From assembly GCA_018817025.1 (NCBI GenBank), contig JAHIUU010000006.1, positions 251,909-315,908 of the forward strand: 64,000 nt of DNA, written 5' to 3'. Source of the stretch: Candidatus Babelota bacterium. Lineage in GTDB: Bacteria > Babelota > Babeliae > Babelales > JAHIUU01. Below, piece after piece: positions 47,390-57,341 of the stretch; positions within the stretch are counted from its first letter, which is position 1, and each line of letters opens with the position of its first letter. The notes beneath the pieces are model-generated. The model did no database searches. It saw only the letters and a program-made list of their open reading frames with translations, and was not told the origin of the DNA. The translations under genes were made by a program, and so were the position numbers.

Positions 47390-48274
47390 TTACTTGCTTT
47401 GTTTGGAGGCTGGCTTAAGTGCCAACATAACTGGACTTGCAACATAGATGGATGAGTACGTTCCAACGACGATACCTACAAGCATCGCTAGGGAGAAGCC
47501 TCTTAGCGCCGGTCCGCCGAGAACGAAGATTGACCCGACAGCAAGCAGGGTAGAAAAGCTTGTCAAAAGGGTTCGTCGTAGCGTTTGGTTCAGGCTAATA
47601 TTGACAATGTTTTCTTCGGTCTGTTCTTTTAGCTTTTTCATGTTTTCGCGAATTCTACTGAATATAACGATTGAGTCATTGAGTGAATATCCGATAACGG
47701 TCAGGATTGCCGCTAGAACGTGGACAGAAATCTGCTCTCCCAATACAAGGAATGCGGTTATAACGACGAGCATGTCGTGAGCGATAGCGGCTACAGCCCC
47801 TGCTGCGAACCGATATTTTGATCGGATTGTTACGTACAGCAAGATAAGAAGTAGAGATAGTAAGACTGATAAGATGGCGTTGAACTTTATGTCGCGCCCT
47901 ACTTCTGGGCCTACCCAGTCTATACTGTCTAATGTGGGGAAATTTTTTGGGTAAAGCGTTTTAACCTCTTTAAAGATTACTTCACCGAGATTTTCTTCTG
48001 ATCCTTGAACCTGAATGATAAATGAGTAGTTGGTTCCTTGGGCTCCACTGTTACCAATGCTCTGAATAACGGCGTCTTGATATCCGGCTTTGGCGAGGCT
48101 TTTTCTCAAGTCACTAATTGGCAATGGGGTTTGGAAAGAGATTCGTATTTCTGATCCACCTGCGAAGTCAACGTAGTAACGAAATCCCTTTGTGAAAAAG
48201 GCAATCCCGCCGACGACCAAAACTCCAAGTGATATGGCATAACAAATGTAACGATACTTAAGAAAATCTATCAT
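47390..48274 (-). CDS. secF: Protein translocase subunit SecF
   Basis: DFAGG, VGPEVG, HD, GYSLND.IVIF.RIRE, TL.RT..TS.ST, GTYSSIYVA. Confidence 0.95.
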   Translation of the reverse strand: MIDFLKYRYICYAISLGVLVVGGIAFFTKGFRYYVDFAGGSEIRISFQTPLPISDLRKSLAKAGYQDAVIQSIGNSGAQGTNYSFIIQVQGSEENLGEVIFKEVKTLYPKNFPTLDSIDWVGPEVGRDIKFNAILSVLLSLLLILLYVTIRSKYRFAAGAVAAIAHDMLVVITAFLVLGEQISVHVLAAILTVIGYSLNDSIVIFSRIRENMKKLKEQTEENIVNISLNQTLRRTLLTSFSTLLAVGSIFVLGGPALRGFSLAMLVGIVVGTYSSIYVASPVMLALKPASKQSK

Positions 48275-48324
48275 TGATTTATCCTGCTTTTTAAAGATAT
48301 CTACTTCTCCTTGAGCGACTTCCC

Positions 48325-48579
48325 CTATTTCTCTTTTACAGAGACAAACATTCTACGTTTGAACCCCTTGTGGAAATGGACTGTTCCGTCTGCGACTGCG
48401 AACAGTGTATCATCCCCACCGCGCCTGACGCCGTGTCCTGGATGAAACTTTGTTCCTCGTTGTCGAATGATGATTTGGCCGCAGTGAACGGCTTGGCCGC
48501 CAAACTTTTTACAGCCTAGTCGTTTACTTTGACTATCGCGACCGTTTTGCGTTGAACCGCCACTTTTACTCGTTGACAT
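48325..48579 (-). CDS. rpmA: 50S ribosomal protein L27
   Basis: [35 protein letters not shown]. Confidence 0.98.
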   Translation of the reverse strand: MSTSKSGGSTQNGRDSQSKRLGCKKFGGQAVHCGQIIIRQRGTKFHPGHGVRRGGDDTLFAVADGTVHFHKGFKRRMFVSVKEK

Positions 48580-48690
48580 GACGTAATCCTTTATAGTATC
48601 AAAAAAGATGGAGTTTTTCCCGATCTAGACAAGTTTGTTTTGAACAGTCTTAATTCTGTTGTAAATTTCCTTAAATGTCAAAAAAATAGG

Positions 48691-51390
48691 CTATTTTGTT
48701 ATTTTTGCCCAGTTTTTTCCTGTTCGAATAGCCACCAAAAATGGGATTTTCCATGATACCACCGATTCCATCGTTTTTTTTACGAGATGTTCTACCTCCT
48801 TTACCTCGCTGTTGGGGCATTCGAATAGAAGCTCATCGTGTATTTGCAGTATAATGGCAGATTCGAGTTTTTTTGTTTTGAGAGCGCCATGAACGTTGAG
48901 CATGGCCAACTTCATGATCTCAGCTGCCGTTCCCTGCATTGGGGTGTTGACCGCGATTCGTCTTGCCGCCTCGTAGAGTGTTCGATTTTGTTCTCGCAAT
49001 CCGGGGACGTACCGTTTTCGGCCGAGCCATGTTTCGACAAATCCCGACGCTTCTGCCTGGGCGACCGTTTTCTCAATCCATTTGGCAACCTCCGGGTACT
49101 GCTCAAAGTATTTTTGAATGTACGTTTTGGCGTCGCCTTGCTTAATTCCTAGGTCTTTTGCAAGGCCATATGGTGTTAGACCGTAGACGATACCAAAGTT
49201 GATTCGTTTTCCCATTTGCCGTTGTTCATGAGTTACTTTGTTTAATGGGATTTCAAAGATTTGCGAGGCAGTTCGTTGATGAATGTCCTGGCCGTGTAGG
49301 AACGCTTCGGTTAAATTTTTACAGCCGGTGACGTGAGCGAGGACGCGGAGCTCGATTTGTGAGTAGTCGGCCGATAGTAATTGTTTGCCGTGTGGGGCGA
49401 TGAATGCCTCTCTGATTAATAGCCCTAGCTCTCCGGTTGCCGGGATGTTTTGCAAGTTTGGGTTGGAGCTTGATAGTCGTCCGGTGGCGGCAATTGTTTG
49501 ACTGAATGAGGTATGTACTCTTTTAGTTTTAGGGTTTACAAACCTTGGTAGAGATTCTATATAAGTACTTTTTAGTTTGAAAAATTCTCGATACTGGAGA
49601 ATGAGACCAGGAACAGGGTGCTGTTCACTTAACTGTGTTAGGACCTCCTGGTCTGTTGACCTCTGGCCTTTTATGCTTTTTTTTACAATAGGAAGTTTTA
49701 GTTCGTCAAACAGTAGAGTTTCTATTTGTTTTGGCGAATTGAGATTAATGTCGCCATATAGCTTTAGTTGTTTCTTGTTGAGAGAGCCGAAGATTTTGCT
49801 TTCAATAGTATGGAGTTTGCGGGTGACTTTTTTCTCGAGTTCTTTGAGTGCTGTAGGGTCGAGAAGCATGCCGGTGCGTTCTATATCGAAAAGAACACGG
49901 CTGAGTGGTAGCTCGATCGTTTTAAATATTTTTTGCAGTTTTTTTTCTTTCGACAATTCTTTTTTTAGCAGCTTGGTTAGTTTTAGCGTTTGGAGGGCGT
50001 CGTGGGCTGCGTAGGTTGCTGCTTCTGGGATTGGCACCTGGTCGAACGTTTTGTATTGCTTGCCAAGGACCTCCTTGAACGAGTCCATTTTTTCTTCAAG
50101 ATAACGAAGAGAAAGTTTTTTGAGTCCAATGCGATCCGATTCTTTTCGTAGGAGGTTGGCGGCGAGTAGTGTATCAAAGTCGATACCATCGAGTTCAATT
50201 CCCTGGTTCCACAGGACAAGCTGGTCGAATTTTGCGTTATGGAGAGTTTTTTTGATCGTTTTGGATGTCAGTATAGGGGCGAGCGACTTGAGTAGTTCTT
50301 GTTCAAATGGGATGTAGTACGATTTTTTTGTGTCGTATGCGATGGAGAGGCCGACCATCCTTTCCTGAAGGGGATCAAGGCCTGTTGTTTCGGTATCAAG
50401 GGCAAATAGTTTTTTCTCTTTGAGCTTCAGGATAAGATTTTTTAGTGCTTTGCTGTCTCGAATAATAATGCATGTCCAGAGAGTTTTTTTTGCCTGAGAT
50501 TTACGGTTGTCTTGCTTTTGCAGAAAAGTAGTTTGTGTTTGTTCGTCTTTCTCGATGAGACTTTTAAATTCGAGTTCTTGAAAGAGTTGATTTGCATTTT
50601 TCCAGTTGTTTTTGTTGAAAGACATTTTATTTAGCGTCATTGGTGTTTTTACATACATAAGAGAAAAAAGTTTTAAGCTTAAAAAAGCGTTTTTCTTACC
50701 TGCTTCCAAGAGGTTTCTGATTCGTTCTTTTTTGATTTTGTCGAGATTTTGATAAAGCTCGTCGAGTGATTCGAACTGCTTGACGATTTCAGCCGCCCCT
50801 TTTTTGCCGATTCCTCGGACGCCTGGAATGTTGTCTGAGGCGTCTCCGACGATGGCGTGGTAGAAAGCGAGTTTTTCTGGTGCGAAGCCTCGCTTGTCAG
50901 TAAACACTTTTGTGTCGATGATTTCTTTTTTCAATGGATCAAGAATAATGAGTTTAGGAGAAATGAGTTGATGCAGGTCTTTGTCGGGACCGATCAAAAC
51001 GATAGGTTTGTCTTTGTAGTCTTGCTCGATTGAGTAAATTAAGTCATCTGCTTCGTAGCCAGCTTTCGATATTTGTGCAATTTTGACCGTATCAATGATC
51101 TTGAGGATTTGCTCTTTTTGTAAAAACAGGTCGCTTGGTGGTGCTTGTCTTGTTGCTTTGTATGCTTCGAAGATTTTGTTTCGAAACGTTTTCCCCTTGC
51201 TATCCCATGCGATGATGAGGTATTGAGGGTCGAAGTCATCGATCAATTTTTTTATTGCTCGACAGAAACCGTAGATTGCTTGCGTTGGTATACCTTGTGA
51301 TGTTTGAAGTGGGCGTAGTCCATAATATGATCGATAAAGGAGGGATGAGCCGTCGATGAGAAAGAGGGAGTCTTTTTTGATTCTTTGCAT
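48691..51390 (-). CDS. polA: DNA polymerase I with intact 5'-3' and 3'-5' exonuclease motifs
   Basis: LIDGSS, EADD, GD.SDNIPGV; ExoI DTETTG, HNAKFD, YAAHDA; SSSNPNLQNIP, ADYSQIELR, K.INFG..YG, QIHDEL. Confidence 0.98.
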   Translation of the reverse strand: MQRIKKDSLFLIDGSSLLYRSYYGLRPLQTSQGIPTQAIYGFCRAIKKLIDDFDPQYLIIAWDSKGKTFRNKIFEAYKATRQAPPSDLFLQKEQILKIIDTVKIAQISKAGYEADDLIYSIEQDYKDKPIVLIGPDKDLHQLISPKLIILDPLKKEIIDTKVFTDKRGFAPEKLAFYHAIVGDASDNIPGVRGIGKKGAAEIVKQFESLDELYQNLDKIKKERIRNLLEAGKKNAFLSLKLFSLMYVKTPMTLNKMSFNKNNWKNANQLFQELEFKSLIEKDEQTQTTFLQKQDNRKSQAKKTLWTCIIIRDSKALKNLILKLKEKKLFALDTETTGLDPLQERMVGLSIAYDTKKSYYIPFEQELLKSLAPILTSKTIKKTLHNAKFDQLVLWNQGIELDGIDFDTLLAANLLRKESDRIGLKKLSLRYLEEKMDSFKEVLGKQYKTFDQVPIPEAATYAAHDALQTLKLTKLLKKELSKEKKLQKIFKTIELPLSRVLFDIERTGMLLDPTALKELEKKVTRKLHTIESKIFGSLNKKQLKLYGDINLNSPKQIETLLFDELKLPIVKKSIKGQRSTDQEVLTQLSEQHPVPGLILQYREFFKLKSTYIESLPRFVNPKTKRVHTSFSQTIAATGRLSSSNPNLQNIPATGELGLLIREAFIAPHGKQLLSADYSQIELRVLAHVTGCKNLTEAFLHGQDIHQRTASQIFEIPLNKVTHEQRQMGKRINFGIVYGLTPYGLAKDLGIKQGDAKTYIQKYFEQYPEVAKWIEKTVAQAEASGFVETWLGRKRYVPGLREQNRTLYEAARRIAVNTPMQGTAAEIMKLAMLNVHGALKTKKLESAIILQIHDELLFECPNSEVKEVEHLVKKTMESVVSWKIPFLVAIRTGKNWAKITK

Positions 51391-51482
51391 AATATTTTCT
51401 CCATAATTTTTCGTGATTTTTTATATAGTACCATCAATAATCGCTTTCCAAAATAAGAAAACCATACTACGCTACGGGCATC

Positions 51483-51887
51483 ATGAAAAAACTAGGGTTA
51501 GATATAGGCGATGTTTGGGTTGGTACAGCGTTGGCTGACGCCATGGGGATTACCTGCCGGCCGTTCCAGACTGTTACGCTACAAGAATTAGATCAATTTA
51601 TAGAAGAGCTATTGCAGCGCGAGCCGATCGATACGGTTGTTGTTGGTCATCCAATAACAGCAGGGGGTAAGGTAAGCCAGCAAACAGAATCGACGGAGAA
51701 GATCTTTGCGCGATTAAAGGAGCGATTTAAAGAGGTCTCTTGGGTTCTATGGGACGAGCGGTTTAGTACGAAGCGGGCCGCTTCGGTAACGAAGGGGCGC
51801 AAGAAAAATAAAAAAGGGGAGCATTCGATAGCAGCTGCATTTGTTTTGCAAAGTTATCTTGATAGTATAGCACATCTTATGGGGTAG
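51483..51887 (+). CDS. ruvX: Holliday junction resolvase-like / pre-16S rRNA nuclease YqgF
   Basis: LGLDIG..WVG.A..D, VVG.P, WDERFST, AA..LQSYLD. Confidence 0.92.
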   Translation: MKKLGLDIGDVWVGTALADAMGITCRPFQTVTLQELDQFIEELLQREPIDTVVVGHPITAGGKVSQQTESTEKIFARLKERFKEVSWVLWDERFSTKRAASVTKGRKKNKKGEHSIAAAFVLQSYLDSIAHLMG

Positions 51888-51922
51888 GATTTGGGAAACT
51901 CTCTAGGAGTTTTTGACAATTA

Positions 51923-51931
51923 TGCTATAAT
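51923..51931 (+). promoter_or_regulatory. Extended -10 promoter
   Basis: TGcTATAAT upstream of the zinc-ribbon gene. Confidence 0.6.
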
Positions 51932-51986
51932 GTCGCAGAAGGGGTTTTGGGAAAGAGGTAGTACCTCGGAACGATGAGGAGGTGTA

Positions 51987-52169
51987 ATGAAGTGCCCTAA
52001 ATGCGAGGGTTTGATGATAATGCAATCCTTCTTCAACCATTTTATTAATTTTGAGGGGTGGAAGTGTTTAAATTGTGGCAAAATCATCGAAAAAAAAGAG
52101 AATACCATCAAGGATGATGTGTTCAGTGTGTTTTATCAGCGACAAAAAACAAAAGACCACGGTGACTAG
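51987..52169 (+). CDS. Small zinc-ribbon protein
   Basis: MKCPKCEGLM...WKCLNCG; strong RBS GAGGAGGTG. Confidence 0.85.
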   Translation: MKCPKCEGLMIMQSFFNHFINFEGWKCLNCGKIIEKKENTIKDDVFSVFYQRQKTKDHGD

Positions 52170-52172
52170 TGT

Positions 52173-52850
52173 ATGATATATGTGGGGCTACAGGGAAGTT
52201 ATAAATCTTTCGAGATTGCTCTTTTTCAGGACAAAATTTGTCTGCAAACTGTTTCGGGTGATGGGGTTCAGGCCAGTTCGCAATTTCTTGTTTTTTTTCA
52301 GAAACTTTTACAAAAAAATAAAAAAAAACTATCCGACCTGCAGTTTATTGCGGTTGATCAAGGCCCGGGAGCATTTACTTCGTTGCGTGTTATCATTGCA
52401 ACGGTTAATGCACTTGCCTTTGAAACGGGGGTTTCACTTGTTGGGGTTGATGGTCTTGATGCGCTTGCACAGGAGACCTGCGACTTAGTAAAGAAAGCTA
52501 TACGGGAGCCAAACAAGGTGGTTCTCGTTTCTCTTTTGAATGCATACAATAATGAAGTATATTACTCGATATGCGACAATAAGGGTTACAAAAAAATTGA
52601 TTGTTTAATCGATGAGCTCGAGCATATGAAAGCGTCCCGGTTTTTATTTACGGGTAACGGTGCGTCTTTACATAAAGAACTTATTTTTGAGATTCTTGGT
52701 GATCGAATTGTCAATCCGTATGTGCCGTTGTCGTTCTGTTCAGCAAAACAGGTTGGCATCATGGGTTTTTTGTTTTGGGAAGAGAAGAAAAATATCTATT
52801 CAGAACTGAAGCCGCTTTACCTCAAGACGCAGACCTTTGCGGTGCGGTGA
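52173..52850 (+). CDS. tsaB: tRNA threonylcarbamoyladenosine biosynthesis protein TsaB
   Basis: AVDQGPGAFTSLRV, GVDGLDALA, KPLYL. Confidence 0.9.
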   Translation: MIYVGLQGSYKSFEIALFQDKICLQTVSGDGVQASSQFLVFFQKLLQKNKKKLSDLQFIAVDQGPGAFTSLRVIIATVNALAFETGVSLVGVDGLDALAQETCDLVKKAIREPNKVVLVSLLNAYNNEVYYSICDNKGYKKIDCLIDELEHMKASRFLFTGNGASLHKELIFEILGDRIVNPYVPLSFCSAKQVGIMGFLFWEEKKNIYSELKPLYLKTQTFAVR

Positions 52851-53589
52851 TTCCTCGGAGAATTCCTAAGCCAACCGTGACGGCCTCACGAGACCTCAAG
52901 ATTGTTGGTGTTAGCGCATAAAAAGTAAACCCTGCTGTATGCAGGGATTTTTTTTCGAGCTCAACAAAGCCTCCCTCGGGACCAAGCGCAATAAGAAACG
53001 TTTTGTTAGACGCTTGTTTAAATGTGTCGACGAATAGTGACAGGTGGTTTCCGTGTTCATCAAAGCAAATTTTATAATCATTACTTTGTTGTATTGCTTG
53101 AGAGAGTGGTTGAGCCTTGAGCAGAGTCGGTGGAATAAAGTTTTTTGATTGTTCACATGCTGAGATCATAACTTTTTGGAGACGACTTTGCTCTTTGTCT
53201 GTGATTTTCGAACCAGATTTTTCTGTAATAACGGGAACTATCTCTTGGACGCCCATTTGTGCGGCAACGTAGCTAGCGTATTCGAGGGCCTCTTTTTTTA
53301 GGACAGGAAGAAGGAGCGTGAGTGTGGGAGCTACGGGAACGTTTATTATTTTTTTAAAAATTGCTCCGACGATCGTTCGTTTTTCTGAAAACATTTTTTC
53401 ATGAGCAATGAGTTCGACATGAATATACGTATTGAACAAAATAAAATGTTCTTGTGGTTTGATTCGAAGTATCTTGACGAGTCGATTCCAAAGCGATGGG
53501 TCTTTGAATTCGAAAAGGTTTTGCTCGCGAAGTTGGCCTAATAGTTCCGTTAGATTTTCTTGGTAGCATGCAAATGTGTGTTTATTCAT
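52822..53589 (-). CDS. rsmE: 16S rRNA m3U1498 methyltransferase
   Basis: KILRIK, LK...LE, ACEQS, LGPEGGF, LTPTILRSREA. Confidence 0.88.
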   Translation of the reverse strand: MNKHTFACYQENLTELLGQLREQNLFEFKDPSLWNRLVKILRIKPQEHFILFNTYIHVELIAHEKMFSEKRTIVGAIFKKIINVPVAPTLTLLLPVLKKEALEYASYVAAQMGVQEIVPVITEKSGSKITDKEQSRLQKVMISACEQSKNFIPPTLLKAQPLSQAIQQSNDYKICFDEHGNHLSLFVDTFKQASNKTFLIALGPEGGFVELEKKSLHTAGFTFYALTPTILRSREAVTVGLGILRGITAPQRSAS

Positions 53590-53986
53590 TTTGCTTTTGT
53601 TTGCGCTTTTTGTAGTAGAGAAGGTAGGCGGCAGCGAGTGCGGCACCGCTTGCGCTGGTACCGTAGGCAATTTGATGTGTTTTAATATGTTCTTTAGAGA
53701 GTTCCCATTTTATTGAGAGAGGAAGGTCCCAGAAGAGTTTGAATTTTTCCAAAGCAGAGAGAACAATTTCTTCTTCTGTTTGCGGGAGCAGTTCCGTGAT
53801 AACATTGTTTGCGACCTGATTAAAGATATCATCAAGATCTTGTTCATTAAGATTTTGTTCGTTTATTATATTTTCGCCTTCTAATATTTGCTCAGATTTG
53901 ATTGGATCTTGCTCAATAGTCTTTTCGCAAAAGAGTGTTAGGGGGGCACCTGTAACGATGAAAAAAAGAAGAGTTTTGTTAGTCAT
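53582..53986 (-). CDS. Hypothetical exported protein with C-terminal membrane anchor
   Basis: Signal-like MTNKTLLFFIVTGAPLTLFC, acidic core, hydrophobic SASGAALAAAYLLYY followed by KKRKQK. Confidence 0.7.
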   Translation of the reverse strand: MTNKTLLFFIVTGAPLTLFCEKTIEQDPIKSEQILEGENIINEQNLNEQDLDDIFNQVANNVITELLPQTEEEIVLSALEKFKLFWDLPLSIKWELSKEHIKTHQIAYGTSASGAALAAAYLLYYKKRKQKQNE

Positions 53987-54107
53987 TTTGTTCCTTTCAC
54001 TATGGTAAGATGCTACGGTACGGTGAGACAGGAGAATGCGCGAAGAGTTCTCATAAAACAGTAGTTTAGTAAAAAATTAGTATTTATGGAAATGCCAAGG
54101 GGGTAGA

Positions 54108-55718
54108 ATGATTCAAAGAGAAATAAACCGGGATGGTGTCAGGCCAACAATGCTACTCATTTTTGACGGATTTGGCTATCGAGAGGAGCGGGGGGGCAAT
54201 GCGATCGCGCATGCAGCTATGCCGACCTGGGATATGTTGCAGCGTCGATATCCGCATGAATTGCTAAAAGCTTCTGGTCGTGCTGTAGGGTTGCCGGATG
54301 GTTTCATGGGCAATTCTGAGGTTGGGCATATGACTATTGGGGCGGGACGACCGATTATGACTCCATTGTGTAAGTTTCACGATAGCATTGATAATAAAAC
54401 GTTCTTTAAAAACAAACTTTTGATTGAGAAGTTTACACAGCTAAAAGAAACAGGCCACGCTCTCCATTTGTTGGGGCTGCTCTCTGACGCCGGCGTGCAC
54501 AGTCACGATCGACATATACATGAACTTTTGCGTTTGGCAAAAATGGTTGGGGTAAAAAAAACGTTCATTCATGCGTTTCTTGATGGTCGCGATACGCCAC
54601 CAAAGTCTGCTCAACTATACCTTGATCGCTTGCAGAAGCATTGTGATCAAGCGAACTATGGTGCTATAGCCAGTTTGCACGGCCGATTTTATGCGATGGA
54701 TCGTGATAACAATTGGGATCGTGTGCAAAAAAGTTATGAGGTGTTGTGTGGCACATGTCACAGGTGTTTTGGCGTTGGTGATAATATTGATTCTCGAATG
54801 TGGCAAGAAGTAATTCATGATTGCTATAGTCGAGGGGTTTATGACGAATTTATTGAGCCCGTTTTGCTTTCTTCCGAAGATACCATTCGAGAAGGCGACG
54901 GTCTTTTTTTTACAAACTTTCGGCCTGATCGTATGCGGCAATTAACCGAATGTTTCTTAGATCCGTCATTTAATAAGTTTGCTTCGTGTGGCTTAACGGC
55001 AACGAATGGAAAGTTGGCGTTTGTTTTTTCAACAACGAGATATTCTAAATCGTTTGAGAATTTTACAAATACTGTGTTATTTGAAGACGAGGTGATTACC
55101 CCTACTCTTCTTGATCTTATTACAAAAAAGATATTTATAATTGCAGAGACTGAGAAGTATGCGCATGTGACCTACTTTTTTCGAGGCAAAGTTGACATCG
55201 AACTTGCACTTGAAACGCGGGTATTAATACCATCGATTAAAGCGAGAACGTATATTAACCATCCCGATATGTCAGCTTATGAAATTACGGCTCGTATTAT
55301 CGAATCGTTACGAGTTGATCCCGCTTATTTCTATTTAGTTAACTATGCGAACTGCGATATGGTTGGTCATTCAGGCGACTTTGAGGCGACGGTAAAAGCT
55401 TGCGAATGTTTGGATAAACAGCTGAAGGTTTTATATGAAGAGGTGGTCGAAAAGCTTGGAGGGACGATCTTTCTTGTTTCTGATCATGGTAACGCGGAAG
55501 AAATGATAGATTTAACCACAGGCCGACCAAAAACCGCGCATACATGCAATCCGGTCCCATTTGTGACTATCTGTAAGTCTTTAGTCGGTGACTACAAGAA
55601 ATTTGACCAAGGGAATTTCGAGACTATTCACGGCCTATCGATTGTTTCTCCGACAATTTTGCGCCATTTAGGGTTGCGGGTGCCAGAGGTTATGAAGGAC
55701 GCGAAATTCTTGTTATGA
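54108..55718 (+). CDS. gpmI: 2,3-bisphosphoglycerate-independent phosphoglycerate mutase
   Basis: DGFG, GLPDG.MGNSEVGH, GRFYAMDRD..WDR, AETEKYAHVT, N.DMVGH, SDHGNAE. Confidence 0.97.
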   Translation: MIQREINRDGVRPTMLLIFDGFGYREERGGNAIAHAAMPTWDMLQRRYPHELLKASGRAVGLPDGFMGNSEVGHMTIGAGRPIMTPLCKFHDSIDNKTFFKNKLLIEKFTQLKETGHALHLLGLLSDAGVHSHDRHIHELLRLAKMVGVKKTFIHAFLDGRDTPPKSAQLYLDRLQKHCDQANYGAIASLHGRFYAMDRDNNWDRVQKSYEVLCGTCHRCFGVGDNIDSRMWQEVIHDCYSRGVYDEFIEPVLLSSEDTIREGDGLFFTNFRPDRMRQLTECFLDPSFNKFASCGLTATNGKLAFVFSTTRYSKSFENFTNTVLFEDEVITPTLLDLITKKIFIIAETEKYAHVTYFFRGKVDIELALETRVLIPSIKARTYINHPDMSAYEITARIIESLRVDPAYFYLVNYANCDMVGHSGDFEATVKACECLDKQLKVLYEEVVEKLGGTIFLVSDHGNAEEMIDLTTGRPKTAHTCNPVPFVTICKSLVGDYKKFDQGNFETIHGLSIVSPTILRHLGLRVPEVMKDAKFLL

Positions 55719-55846
55719 AGCCCTTTTTATGATAGAGTAACCCTTTCTCAATCCCCCTACATGCGGTATGACAACTAGAAAAACAGGTGCAGTTTTGGTA
55801 TTTCTTCTTGAGGTAGGGGCACCTTTAACAGAAGGAAGGACACGAG

Positions 55847-57184
55847 GTGATGGGACAAAGGTTAATTCGGGCGTTATGGGGAGACCTGAGTAAAGAGGAA
55901 CTTAAGAAGTTTTCGCTTCTTGCAGTTGGCTTTTTTTTGTTGATTGGCTCCTACTGGCCACTCAAAATTTTAAAAGATGTGGTCTTTATCAACATGATTG
56001 GAAGTAAGTACCAGCCAGATGCAAAGATTTTGTCGCTGATACTTTTTTTTCCACTTGTTCTGTTTTACTCTCGTCTTGTCGATTACTTCTCGAAAGAAAA
56101 ATTAATTTATTTTTTCGTTATTATGTACGGCAGTCTTGGGTTTCTGTTCGTCTATTTCTTTTATCACCCAACGATTGGGGTTGCAAATGCTGAGCAGAGT
56201 CCCTATAGATTGCTCGGATGGCTATTTTATCTGTTTGTTGAGAGCTACATTTCTATAATGGTTTCATTATATTGGGCATTTATAAATGACGTAACGACGC
56301 CAGAGTCTGCTAAAAAGGGTTACGGCCTTCTTATTTTTGGCAGTCAGCTTGGTGCGGTTGTTTTCATTTCTATAGGTAACTATCTATCTCGTGATGTTTC
56401 ATTGTATGCGCAGCGTGTGCCATTTATTGCCCTGATGTCAGTTCTCACTTTTTTCCTGGTTGCCCTTGTCGTCTTTCTATTAACTCATGTTGTTAGTCAT
56501 GATGAACTTCAGGGATATCAGGGGACAGACAAAGGTATTGAGAAGAAGGGATCGGTAGGTTTTTTTGATGGGCTACGTGTTCTGCTTAGATTTCCGTATG
56601 TTGGTGGAATTTTTGGATTAGTATTTTTTCATGAGGTTGTTTCCGCGCTCATGCATTATCAAATGCTTCGGTTGGTAGAGGTGACCTATCTTTCGAATTC
56701 TGGGTTTGTCAATAAGTTTATGTTTGATTTTACGCTTGTTATGCAAGGTATATCCTGTTTGTTTGCCCTCTTTGGAACATCGTATTTTCAGCGAAAAATA
56801 GGAGTGAGGGGTTGCTTACTATCTTACCCAATATTGTTAGGCATAGGCGTTGTGTTTTATATTGTTAATCCGACATTATCGTTTATTGCTGGTGTTATGA
56901 TTATTGCGAAGGGAATCAACTACGTTCTCAATCAGCCGGCCAAAGAGATTTTGTATATTCCAACAACCAGGGCGATTAAGTATAAGGCTAAGGCGTGGGT
57001 GGATATGTTTGGTTTGCGTTCAGCCAAGATGGGAGGCTCTCTTGTTAATAAGTCGATAGGGTTGGCCTCGAATGTTACTGGCGGTATTTCAATACTCGTG
57101 ATAGTTTTCTGGGTTGGTCTTTCTAGGGCTATTGGTCGCAAATATCACGAGGTTGTTACGAAAGGGGATCGTATCGGGGCATAA
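55847..57184 (+). CDS. Nucleotide transporter, NTT/TLC
   Basis: LWGDL..EE.KKF, YW.LKILKD, NQPAKEILYIPT..IKYKAKAW.D.FG.R..K. Confidence 0.88.
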   Translation: MMGQRLIRALWGDLSKEELKKFSLLAVGFFLLIGSYWPLKILKDVVFINMIGSKYQPDAKILSLILFFPLVLFYSRLVDYFSKEKLIYFFVIMYGSLGFLFVYFFYHPTIGVANAEQSPYRLLGWLFYLFVESYISIMVSLYWAFINDVTTPESAKKGYGLLIFGSQLGAVVFISIGNYLSRDVSLYAQRVPFIALMSVLTFFLVALVVFLLTHVVSHDELQGYQGTDKGIEKKGSVGFFDGLRVLLRFPYVGGIFGLVFFHEVVSALMHYQMLRLVEVTYLSNSGFVNKFMFDFTLVMQGISCLFALFGTSYFQRKIGVRGCLLSYPILLGIGVVFYIVNPTLSFIAGVMIIAKGINYVLNQPAKEILYIPTTRAIKYKAKAWVDMFGLRSAKMGGSLVNKSIGLASNVTGGISILVIVFWVGLSRAIGRKYHEVVTKGDRIGA

Positions 57185-57209
57185 AAAGAGGCATTTTTAT
57201 TGATTCTCT

Positions 57210-57238
57210 TTGTCAAGATAGCAGTGCCTTGCTATAAT
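57210..57238 (+). promoter_or_regulatory. Near-consensus sigma70 promoter for the third NTT gene
   Basis: TTGTCA-N17-TATAAT with extended -10 TG. Confidence 0.8.
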
Positions 57239-57341
57239 TGATCAGGAAATCAGGGAGTTTTACCTTGCGGGGGAGGACGGGCCTAGAAGTTCCTAAATTT
57301 GTATTTGTGTTTTTTTGTTTTACCGTTTCGAGGAGATGGTT

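Noticed and set aside
49577-50014. 145-aa plus-strand ORF and the many other short nested ORFs in the track
   Set aside because: Antisense or off-frame shadows inside confidently identified genes (here polA).
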